Both the position numbers and the translations under genes were made by a program. From Armatimonadota bacterium (GTDB taxonomy: Bacteria > Armatimonadota > SYMT01): a DNA stretch of 64,000 bases. Positions 17,295-26,900 of this stretch are shown in pieces. The DNA is taken from NCBI GenBank assembly GCA_041690135.1, contig JAWLHY010000005.1, forward strand, positions 128,001 to 192,000, read 5' to 3'. Positions within the stretch are counted from its first letter, which is position 1, and the number at the start of each line of letters is the position of its first letter. Under the pieces are notes generated by a model, which did not search any database, had not been told where the DNA came from, and worked only from the letters and a program-made list of their open reading frames with translations.

Positions 17295-18499
17295 CGAAGG
17301 GTCGATCCGCCCTTGGCGGGCCCAGTGCCGGAGGATGGGAGACGCGAGGCGACTGCCAACTCCTCTGCGGCCCGGCGCTCCTTTCCCTGGAGCAGGAAAA
17401 GCTGGGATCGCAATCGTCTGACCTCCGCGTTTGCAGGATCCGCCTGGACGGCGGCCTCCAGGGACCGCTCGGCAGCACCCGGAATCCGATGCTGCAGCGC
17501 GAGACGGACGACCTGCAGGTGGATCTCTACGTCGCCTGGGCGGGCGAGTGCTCGTGCTTGCAGTTCGGCGAGCTGCCGTTCGGCCTCCTGAAGCTCTTCG
17601 TAGAGTTTGAGATGGCGCGCCGCTTCGGCACGACGTCCCGAGCGCCCGGCAACCTGCGACAGGGTATAGCGGGCCTCCGCCAGCGAAGGCTGGAGCGCAA
17701 GCGCCTGTTCCAGCTCTTTCCTGGCCCCATCGAGATCGTTACGCCGCAGGTAGAGCTTGCCCAATGCGGCGTGAGCCTTGGCGGCTTCCGGATTGTTTCT
17801 TAGGGCGGCACGGAAGTGCTGGATGGCCATATGCTCGGCTTGGGGGTCGCGCGGCCGCCGCTGGTAGGCTTCGCCTAGCAGTGCGTGCATGCCGGGGTGG
17901 GCTGGCGCGAGCGTTAGTCCCTTCTCCAGAACCTTCACTGCCTCGTCGATCTGGTGCGTGGCCAGTAGCAGGAAACCGGCCTTCTGGTAACCCAGCACAA
18001 ACTCCGGCTGTAACTCGATGAGCCGTTGAAAGGCAGGGAGCGCCTCTTTCAGGTTGTCGTCCCGGAGGAACTGTTCGCCACGTACCGCGAGGGCGTGCGG
18101 GCATTCCGGGCTTCTCCGAAGGGCTTCATCCAGTGCCTGCAGCGCATCGGCCCGGCGGCGGGTCTCAACCAGCCCTTGCGCCAACTGGCAGTAGACATGA
18201 GGCCGGTTCGGCGAAAGAAATGCAGCCGATTGGAGCGCGGCCACCGCTTCATCGTAGCGGCCGGCTTGTAGATAGACCCCACCCAACTCCGCGTGATAGT
18301 CGCCATTCTCCGGCTCGAGGAGGATCGCTTGCTGGAGGGATTGGGCGGCAGCGTCGGTGGCTCCCGCCTCCGCAGCCTTCACGCCTGCCAGGTACCCTTC
18401 GCGACCGGGTCCGGGTTTGGGCGTCATGCTCCAGCGGAGAACGGCCGCACCTGCGACCAGTACCAGGACTACCAGGAGGATAGAAAGACGTCGCGGCAT
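17291..18499 (-). CDS. Tetratricopeptide repeat protein with N-terminal membrane anchor
   Basis: GGAGA RBS 6 nt before ATG 18499; TM LSILLVVLVLVAGAAVL; TPR units (YHAELGGVYLQAGRYDEAVAAL, AHAALGKLYLRRNDLDGARKELEQALAL). Confidence 0.85.
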   Translation of the reverse strand: MPRRLSILLVVLVLVAGAAVLRWSMTPKPGPGREGYLAGVKAAEAGATDAAAQSLQQAILLEPENGDYHAELGGVYLQAGRYDEAVAALQSAAFLSPNRPHVYCQLAQGLVETRRRADALQALDEALRRSPECPHALAVRGEQFLRDDNLKEALPAFQRLIELQPEFVLGYQKAGFLLLATHQIDEAVKVLEKGLTLAPAHPGMHALLGEAYQRRPRDPQAEHMAIQHFRAALRNNPEAAKAHAALGKLYLRRNDLDGARKELEQALALQPSLAEARYTLSQVAGRSGRRAEAARHLKLYEELQEAERQLAELQARALARPGDVEIHLQVVRLALQHRIPGAAERSLEAAVQADPANAEVRRLRSQLFLLQGKERRAAEELAVASRLPSSGTGPAKGGSTLR

Positions 18500-18664
18500 A
18501 GTCATTCTCCTTTCGCCGTTTGGTGGCGCCCCTCCCTTCTCCGCGACGGTTTCGCGAGAGCGGATGTTTACCCGATCCCCGTCTTCGGGCCATAATCGAT
18601 TCAATAGTCGTCTCGAACGGGCGCCCAGTTGGGAAAGGTGTCATAGGGAGTACGGAGGAAGTCG

Positions 18665-19198
18665 ATGCGATACTGGAGACCGGTTCCTGCGCTGGTTGCA
18701 GCGGGCCTTTTGATCGGACTAGGACCAGGCACCGGAGCGATTGCCGAGCCAGGTGCCGGCTACGGCATCCGACCGGCGGTGCAGGAGAACGGGAAATCGA
18801 CTCCGGACGCGGACGGCACGCGCCCGGCGAACGAAGCTGAGCGGAAGTCGGCAATTGCCTCGATTGAAGGCCAGCTTAAGGCGTTCCGTGAGGACGACTA
18901 TGAGAAGGCGACGAAGTACCAGTGCCTGGAGTTGCGGAAGGGCTTCAAATCGTCCGAAGAGTTCCGCCGGGCGATTAAGGTCGGCTATCCACAGTTCGCC
19001 AACTACAAAACCGTCATGTTTGGTGAGGCGATCTGCGACGAGAAGGGCGAGCGCCTTCACATCCGGATCACGCTCACCGGTCAGGATGGCGTGGTTGTGC
19101 GTGCGCTATATCTCATGATTAAGGAAGAGGGCGAGTACCGCGTGGGCGGCGTCTTCGGCGGAGCGAAATCCGCACCGGACCCGCGGAACATCACGTAA
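18665..19198 (+). CDS. DUF4864 domain exported protein
   Basis: IEGQLKAFREDDYEKA..Y....RKGF.S.EEFRR.IK.GYP; A.Y.M.KEEGEYRVGGV. Confidence 0.75.
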   Translation: MRYWRPVPALVAAGLLIGLGPGTGAIAEPGAGYGIRPAVQENGKSTPDADGTRPANEAERKSAIASIEGQLKAFREDDYEKATKYQCLELRKGFKSSEEFRRAIKVGYPQFANYKTVMFGEAICDEKGERLHIRITLTGQDGVVVRALYLMIKEEGEYRVGGVFGGAKSAPDPRNIT

Positions 19199-19209
19199 GG
19201 GGTGTTTGG

Positions 19210-19348
19210 GAGGTCAGGTGGCCGGGTGTTACCTGGCGATCGCCTTTGTCAACCGGATGGAGGTGGCGCCGGGCGACGTTGTCCTCTATGATGGAAAAGG
19301 ATACCCGGCGCTTACTGGATCCTCTGATCACCCAGGTCACCTGACTTC
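19210..19348. repeat. Imperfect ~20-bp inverted repeat enclosing ~100 bp (REP/MITE-like)
   Basis: gaggtcaggtggccgggtg (19210-19228) versus cacccaggtcacctgacttc (19329-19348; reverse complement gaagtcaggtgacctgggtg). Confidence 0.5.
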
Positions 19349-19378
19349 GCCCCATCCCTCGGGGATGGGGATGCACGC

Positions 19379-21601
19379 ATGAGCGAATTCCTCCCAAGCG
19401 ACTTCGACGCCCCCCCACCTCGCACGCGCAAACCTGCCGGAGCGCCCCCGCCCAAGGCGGCAACCAGGAAGGATGCAGCGGTCCCGACATCCTCCCGAGT
19501 CGTGGAGGTTCCCCAGGGCGGCCTGGAAACACACATCCAGTTCGTTAAGGGGGTGGGTCCCCGGTACGCCACCCTGCTCGCCGAGAAGCTGGGAATTGCG
19601 ACGGTGGAGGACCTGCTCTTTCACTTTCCGCTCCGTTATGAGGATCGGCGCCAGTTCCGCCCTCTGGGCCAGATTCGGCATGGGGAAACGGTCGTCACCA
19701 GTGGGCAAGTGGTGGGGGCTTCGGTGGAGCGGAGCCCCAAACGGGGAATGAGCCTGGCCAAGGTCGTCATCCAGGACCGCTCCGGGCATGCCGAACTGGT
19801 CTTTTTCAACCAGCACTGGTTGCAGAACGTTTTCAACCGGATCAAGGGCCGGGACATTTCCGTTTACGGCACGGCGCAGCGGAACGGGCCGATCCTGAGT
19901 TTTCAGCATCCGGAGTGGGAGGAGTTGACGGGAGACGACGACTCCATCCACCTGCATCGGATCGTGCCGGTTCATCCCGCCACGGAAGGCCTCACCCCCA
20001 AGATCATCCGGGGAATGGTCTGGAACGCCCTGGAGAAGTACGGCCACCTCGTCCAGGAAGTCCTACCAAAGGGGGTGGTCGCGGAGAACCGTCTCGCCCC
20101 CCTCGAAGTCTCGCTGCGCCAGATCCACTTTCCCGAGAGCGAAAGCCGCCTGGAGTTGGCCCGCCGCCGGCTGGTCTTCGATGAGCTGTTCCGGCTGCAG
20201 GCCGCGCTGGCGTATCGCCGGCATTCCGTCGCGGAGATGATGCCCGGGATTGCGTTCCGCATCGAAGATTCCCAGATGGAAGAACTGCGCCGGAAGCTCC
20301 CCTTCCAACTCACCGCGGCCCAGGAACGGTGCGTGGAGGAAATCCGGCGAGACATGGCGTCCCCTCGCCCGATGAACCGCCTTCTGCAAGGAGACGTGGG
20401 CTCCGGCAAGACCGTGGTCGCCGCGGCCGCCATCCTCACGGCCGTCCGCAACGGCTATCAGGTCGCCCTGATGGTGCCCACGGAGATCCTGGCGGAGCAG
20501 CACTTCAACGTGATGAAGCGGCTGCTGGAGCCCCTCCACATCCGGATCCACCGGCTGGTGGGCAGCGTCCGCGCCAAGGGCAAGAAGCAGATCAAGGAAG
20601 AGTTGAAGACCGGCTTCGCGGAAGTGGTGGTTGGCACTCACGCACTGCTGGAGGAAGACGTCGAGTTCCACAAGCTGGGCCTGGTGATCGTCGACGAGCA
20701 ACACCGGTTCGGGGTCCTGCAGCGCATGACCCTGCTCGACAAGGCGGTCGACGGCCACCTGCCGGACATGCTGGTCATGACCGCCACGCCGATTCCCCGG
20801 ACCCTGGCGCTAACCGTCTACGGAGACCTTGACGTTTCCATCATCGACGAGTTGCCTCCGGGCCGGAAGCCGATCAAAACGCATTGGAAGCGGAAGAACC
20901 AGCGTGATGGGGTGTATAAAGGCATCCGGGCTCTCGTGCAGGATGGTCGTCAGGTCTACTTCGTCTGCCCGCTGGTGGAAACCAGCGACAAGCTACAGGC
21001 TAAGGCCGCCACGGAAATGCACGAGCACCTCCAGCACGAGGTCTTTCCCGACCTGCGAGTGGGGTTGATCCACGGTCAGATGCCCTCCCATGAAAAAGAT
21101 GAGGGTATGGAGCGGTTCCGCGCGGGGGAATACGACATCCTCGTGGCTACCGTGGTTATCGAAGTCGGCGTGGATGTCCCGAACGCCTCGTGCATGGTCA
21201 TCGAAGATGCGGAGCGGTTCGGCCTCGCCCAGTTGCACCAGCTCCGCGGACGGGTGGGTCGCGGAGAGCATCAATCTTTCTGCGTCCTGCTCGCCGACCC
21301 CCGCACCGAGGACGGAATCCAGCGTCTGGAGGTGATGACGCGAACGACGGACGGTTTCGTCATCGCGGAGGAGGACCTGAAGCTCCGCGGTCCCGGCGAG
21401 TTCCTGGGCACGAAGCAGAGCGGAATCTTGAAGCTGCGCATCGCCAACATCATCGGCGACTCCCTGATCCTGCGGGAAGCCCGAGAGGTCGCCTTCCGCC
21501 TGGTGGAAGGCGATCCGAAGTTACAGCTTCCGGAGCACGCTCCCCTCGCGGCCGATCTCAAGAAGCGCTACGCCGACCTACTTCTCGCCGTAGTGGGATA
21601 G
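19379..21601 (+). CDS. recG: ATP-dependent DNA helicase RecG
   Basis: MNRLLQGDVGSGKT, VGTHAL, IVDEQHRFGV.QR, MTATPIPRTLAL, AERFGLAQLHQLRGRVGRG, DGFVIAEEDLKLRGPGE. Confidence 0.98.
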   Translation: MSEFLPSDFDAPPPRTRKPAGAPPPKAATRKDAAVPTSSRVVEVPQGGLETHIQFVKGVGPRYATLLAEKLGIATVEDLLFHFPLRYEDRRQFRPLGQIRHGETVVTSGQVVGASVERSPKRGMSLAKVVIQDRSGHAELVFFNQHWLQNVFNRIKGRDISVYGTAQRNGPILSFQHPEWEELTGDDDSIHLHRIVPVHPATEGLTPKIIRGMVWNALEKYGHLVQEVLPKGVVAENRLAPLEVSLRQIHFPESESRLELARRRLVFDELFRLQAALAYRRHSVAEMMPGIAFRIEDSQMEELRRKLPFQLTAAQERCVEEIRRDMASPRPMNRLLQGDVGSGKTVVAAAAILTAVRNGYQVALMVPTEILAEQHFNVMKRLLEPLHIRIHRLVGSVRAKGKKQIKEELKTGFAEVVVGTHALLEEDVEFHKLGLVIVDEQHRFGVLQRMTLLDKAVDGHLPDMLVMTATPIPRTLALTVYGDLDVSIIDELPPGRKPIKTHWKRKNQRDGVYKGIRALVQDGRQVYFVCPLVETSDKLQAKAATEMHEHLQHEVFPDLRVGLIHGQMPSHEKDEGMERFRAGEYDILVATVVIEVGVDVPNASCMVIEDAERFGLAQLHQLRGRVGRGEHQSFCVLLADPRTEDGIQRLEVMTRTTDGFVIAEEDLKLRGPGEFLGTKQSGILKLRIANIIGDSLILREAREVAFRLVEGDPKLQLPEHAPLAADLKKRYADLLLAVVG

Positions 21602-21649
21602 CAGCGGCGCCGCGTTTGCGTGGCTAACACTTCGGGGTAAGCACCCGAA

Positions 21650-22054
21650 GTGGACGCAAAGCTAACAAACGGTGCCGGCGGTAAAAAGGGCTGGAAGCTG
21701 CTGCTGGTGGAAGACGAGCCGGATCTCCTCTGGACCCTGGCGGAGATCCTGGAACGGCACGGCTACACCGTCGTCTCCGCGCCCAAGGGCGAGGATGCCG
21801 TGGACATCGCCTCCCTCTACGAGCCGAACGTGGTCGTCTCGGACTTCAACCTGCCGGGCATCGATGGCGTGACCACCATCCACCTCGTTCGAGAAGAGTG
21901 TCCCAATACCCGCGCCATCCTCATGAGCGGACACATCAGCGGACAGACCCGCCGCCGTGCCGAGGAAGAGCACGTGGACTGCATCCTGGAGAAGCCCGTA
22001 CCCGTACCGGAGTTGTTGAGCCTGGTAGCTAACGGCCGCACCTCCGGCGACTGA
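21650..22054 (+). CDS. Single-domain response regulator (CheY-like receiver)
   Basis: LLLVEDE, VVSDFNLPGIDG, ILMSG, ILEKP. Confidence 0.9.
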   Translation: MDAKLTNGAGGKKGWKLLLVEDEPDLLWTLAEILERHGYTVVSAPKGEDAVDIASLYEPNVVVSDFNLPGIDGVTTIHLVREECPNTRAILMSGHISGQTRRRAEEEHVDCILEKPVPVPELLSLVANGRTSGD

Positions 22055-22076
22055 CTCGCGCGGACCCTGCCGTAAC

Positions 22077-23279
22077 CTATCCCGCTGCGGCGCGTCCTCC
22101 CCGTGCCGGGCGAATCTCCGCCGTACCGCTGAAGGTACCATCGGCACCCCGGACGAGAGCGGTTCCCGTGGAAAACCGGTGGAGGACACCCAGGGTGTAA
22201 AACACACAAGCCAGCGGGATGAGAAGCTCCTTGTACTCCGTGACATCCCACACGCGGACGAACCGGTGCCCAAAAGCCAGAAAAACCCCCTGGCTAAGGA
22301 CAAGAACCGCTAGCGCCGCGAAAAGCACCGTTCTACCGTCTTCCGGGTCGCGGGCTTCTCGAACGTAGTGGACCAGGATGAAGATGGTGGTGAAGAAGGC
22401 GACCTGGGTTAACAGGATGTTCCACATATCATAGTTGTAAGCCACGAAGAGGGCGCCGGTGGGGACGATGAACCGCGAAGGAGTCATGAGGTTCACCACC
22501 GGGTGGCGCGTGGGGAAGAGACCAGACTCGGCAAGGAACGGCGTGGCGATCAAGAAGACGAAGAACAGAAAATAATACCCGTTCTCCGCCAGACCGGTAT
22601 GAAAGTTATGCAGGTTGAGTTCCTTCTGCTTGTTCGCCGCGAACGCCTCCGGGATTGCGAACCCCAGATATCTTTGAAACCAGGAAACCTCCTCCATGCC
22701 GATGAGGAAGAAGAGCGACGCCAGTGCAAGCACCGGCCAGAGTGAGAGACCCCACCGCCCTTTGGGGCTTCGAAGGAGCTGATAGGCGAGGAGAGCGAAC
22801 AGGCCGCTGTTCAATAGATGCAGCATGGCGGAGAGCGTCTCCACCAGCCGGTCCTCCCTCCCCATCCGTGAGAAGAAAATCGGTCGTGCCAGGAACAAGA
22901 GGACCAACCCCGATCCGAGCAATACCATTGCCCAGACCACGAGCTGCCTCAGGCTCATTCGTGCATACTCCCGTTCTCGCTCTTCACTGGAGGTCCAGCG
23001 CAAACAGCCCCAGCGGTTCCAGACCTCTTTCCAGCGAGCAGGCGTGTAGAGGAGTTGCGCGCGGTGAGCCACCCCGGCTACGAACAGCCAGCTCGCCAGC
23101 GCCACCAGGAGGGTGCGCAGGAGATAGATGCTGCTGAAGTTGGGCCTGCCTTCCGCCAGGAATGGAGAGCGGAGGAGGGCAAGATCAATGCAGAACGCAC
23201 CGGCCATTACCAGGAATGCCAGGAGCATCATGGGCAATCTCTCGGAATGCTCTAACGGACGAGATTGAATGATCTGCAT
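22077..23279 (-). CDS. Conserved multi-pass membrane protein
   Basis: Many TM helices; EDRLVE and GMEEVSWFQR..GF..PE.F..NKQKELNLHN motif. Confidence 0.7.
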   Translation of the reverse strand: MQIIQSRPLEHSERLPMMLLAFLVMAGAFCIDLALLRSPFLAEGRPNFSSIYLLRTLLVALASWLFVAGVAHRAQLLYTPARWKEVWNRWGCLRWTSSEEREREYARMSLRQLVVWAMVLLGSGLVLLFLARPIFFSRMGREDRLVETLSAMLHLLNSGLFALLAYQLLRSPKGRWGLSLWPVLALASLFFLIGMEEVSWFQRYLGFAIPEAFAANKQKELNLHNFHTGLAENGYYFLFFVFLIATPFLAESGLFPTRHPVVNLMTPSRFIVPTGALFVAYNYDMWNILLTQVAFFTTIFILVHYVREARDPEDGRTVLFAALAVLVLSQGVFLAFGHRFVRVWDVTEYKELLIPLACVFYTLGVLHRFSTGTALVRGADGTFSGTAEIRPARGGRAAAG

Positions 23280-23940
23280 GGTTCACGCGGTGGGTGGTTT
23301 CCCGATTTGGAAGAGCGGGACGTACTCGGAGTTACTGGCCGAAGCGGGTGTACAAAGAGTGCCTATGGTGGCTTCACCGGACAGAGTTGAGGATCAGAAA
23401 ACGCAGTGGCCGAGCGAAGGCGTGTCAGGTTCAGTAAGCGGTGAGATTTGTGGGGCCGAGAGATACTTCACGTCCGCCGGTGTAGACGCAGCGGGGTCGT
23501 TGTGGGGAAATACGGCGAACGGATGGCAAGTGACCTGGCGTGTGTCAGCATCGTTATCCTGGGGGTTGGCAGGCGGGCTGTCAGGTGGTTAGGCGCTGCA
23601 AATCTCATGCACCTCTTCTTCACCGGGGTCCGGAAACACAAACACGTTATCGGCGTCTTAACCGAATCTTAATTCTGACCGAACCGTGACACCTGTCTTA
23701 CCCGCCCGGTGCGGTGACGAACTTGCGATGCCGCCCGTGGGCTGGGCCAGTCCCACTTCGCCCCTCCCCTGCTCGCGAGTCGTGGCATGCCGATCCGTTG
23801 CGCATGCGCAGTCTCCCGCTGCGGAACAGTGTAGCCGCAGTGCCAGCCCAAGGGATTGAAGGGTTCCGCTGCGAAACATCCCTTGCGAGTTCGGTGTCCC
23901 AGGTATCCTGAGAAGATTTGTCCCGGAGCAGGAAGGCGTA

Positions 23941-26900
23941 ATGAAGCGGAGCAATCAGCTGATGTTTGGCATGCTGGGCGTCCTGGTGGTGACCGGCACG
24001 GGGCTCGCCCGCGGCACCGCCGCTCCGGGAGCCTCTCCGGGCGCGACGCCTTCGAAGGCGGCTGCGCGCCAGGGCGTCTCGCCTCCCCACGCGATCGACT
24101 TCAAGCGGGATATTCGCCCCATTCTGGTGTCTCGCTGTTACGCCTGTCATGGTCCGAAGCAGCAACAGAGCGGGCTCCGGTTGGATACCAGGATGCGGGC
24201 CTTCCAGGGCGGCGACCATGGCCTCTCCATCGTTCCCGGGAAGAGCGCCGAGAGTGAGTTGATCCGGCGAGTTACCGCCGCCGATCCCAAGCTCCGCATG
24301 CCTCCCGGACCGGCGCTTCCGGCAGCCGAGATCGCACGGCTAAAAGCGTGGATCGACGCCGGCGCTTCCTGGCCGGAAGAAGGGGGGCCGGGGGCCGGAG
24401 CCCAGGAGAGGGTCGATCATTGGGCGTTCCGGCCGGTGATGCGGCCGCCGTTGCCGAAGGTTCGCCAGCAGGGTTGGGCGATCAACCCGATCGACGCGTT
24501 CGTCCTGGCGAAATTGGAGGCCCGCGGTCTCAAGCCCTCCCCGCCCGCCGACCGGGTGACGCTGATTCGTCGCCTGTCGCTCGACCTGATCGGCCTCCCC
24601 CCCACTCCGGAAGAGGTGGATGCCTTTGTAACCGACACCCGCCCCGGCGCCTACGAACGGGTGGTGGACCGGCTCCTGGCTTCTCCTCACTTCGGGGAGC
24701 GATGGGCGCGCTACTGGCTGGATCAGGCCCGCTACGCCGACTCGAATGGTTACACGATCGACAGCGCACGCTCCATCTGGAAGTACCGGGACTGGGTGAT
24801 CGAGGCTCTCAACCGTGACCTGCCCTTCGACCAGTTCACTATTGAGCAACTGGCCGGGGATCTGCTGCCCAACGCTACGCAGGACCAGATCATCGCGACC
24901 GGATTCCATCGCAACACGCTGTTCAATGAAGAAGGCGGCACCGACCGGGAACAGTTCCGGGTGGAAGCGGTGGTGGATCGAGTGGGGACGACCGGCTCGG
25001 TGTTTCTAGGGCTCACCGTGGGATGCGCCCAGTGTCACACGCACAAGTACGATCCCATCACCCAACGGGAGTACTATCAGCTCTTTGCCTTCTTCAATAA
25101 TGCGGACGAGCCGAAGCTGGAATTGCCGACACCGGAACAAGCGGAGGCGCAGCGGCAACTCGCCGCGGAAGTTGCTCGCGCGCAGAAGGCACTCGCTGCC
25201 TTTGACCGCGAACTGCCGAAGCACCAGCGCGCCTGGGATGAGCGTATAACCGGAGGGGTGCGCAACGGTTGGAAACCCCTGGTTGCCGACCGGGTGGGGT
25301 CTACCGGCGGTGCCACCTTGACGCGCCTGGACGACGGGTCCGTGCTGGTGGGCGGGGCGATCCCGAGCCACGATTCCTACACGGTTCGTGCGAGCGCTCC
25401 CGTGGGGCCAATAGCGGCGATCCGTCTGGAAGCGCTCACCCACGCCTCGATTCCGGGTAGCGGTCCGGGTCTCACCCCGCACGGAAACTTTGTCCTCAAC
25501 GAATTTGAGTTGACGGTTGGGCCGGAAGAGCGAAAAGTAGTGTTCAGTTCGGCGACGGCCGACCACGCGCAGAATAACTTCCCGGTTACCGGTGCGATCG
25601 ACGGCGATCCCAAGACGGGCTGGGGAGTTTATGCGCCGAACGCCCACGTCGACCGCACCGCTGTGTTCACCCTTCGTGAACCGCTGGAGCTTACGCCTGG
25701 GACTCCCCTCACCTTCACCCTCAGACACCTCTACTCCGGAGAGCGATACTCCATTGGCCGGTTCCGGCTGTCGGTGGCGCCGAAGGTTTCGGAAGGACAA
25801 ACTCCAGCCTTGCCCGCGCGCACCCGGCAACTCCTGGCGATACCCACGGAAAAGCGCACCCCGATGGAGCGTGAGGAATTGGCGGCGGAGTTCAAGAGGC
25901 TGGATCCGGAACGCGCCCGATTGAGTGGAGTGGTGACGAATCTCCAGGCCCAGCAGAAGAAACTCGCGGCCAGCATTACCTCCACTCTGGTCATGAAGGA
26001 ACGCCCGACACCCCGCGAGTCGTACGTAATGATCCGCGGTGACTTCCTGCGTAAGGGTCCGGCCGTGGAGCCGGGGGTGCCGGCCTTCCTCCCACCCCTC
26101 CCCCACGATATTGAGAAGCCGAACCGCCTCCACTTCGCCCGCTGGCTGGTGAGTGCGGAGAACCCGCTCACGCCTCGCGTCACGGTCAACCGCATCTGGC
26201 AGCAACACTTCGGCATCGGCCTGGTCGAAACGGAGAATGACTTCGGCACCCAGGGTACCCCACCCTCGCACCCCGAACTGCTCGATTATCTGGCCTCTGT
26301 GTTCTCCACGCATCCGGAGCGAACGAGGGAAAGAGAGACTGGGGGAAAGAAAGTGGCTAATGCCCAACCTGGAGCCCGCCTTTCCCATTCCTTCGGGGAC
26401 GCAGGTCTGGGCTGGAGCCTGAAACAGCTCCACCGCCTCATCGTCACCAGCGCGGCCTACCGGCAGTCGTCGCGGGTACGGCCGGAACTGCAGCAAGTGG
26501 ATCCCGCCAACCGGCTGCTGGCGCGGATGCCGCGGCTGCGGCTGGAAGCAGAGAGCATCCGGGATGTGGCCCTGGCCGCCAGTGGATTGCTGTCGCGCAA
26601 GATCGGCGGTCCCAGTGTGTTCCCTCCCCAGCCGGCCGGCCTTGACGCCTTTACGCAGAGCAAGAAGAACTGGAAGGCCAGCGAGGGAGAGGATCGCTAT
26701 CGGCGGGGCCTGTACACCTTCGCGTGGCGCTCCAGTCCCTATGCCTTCTTCGCCACTCTCGACGCTCCGAATGGCAACGTGACGTGTACCCGGCGCGCCC
26801 GTTCGACGACCCCGCTAAGTGCCCTGATGCTGGCCAACGACCAGGCGCTCTTCGAGATGGCCCAGGGCATGGCTGTGCGGTTGCTGAAGGAAGGCCCACC

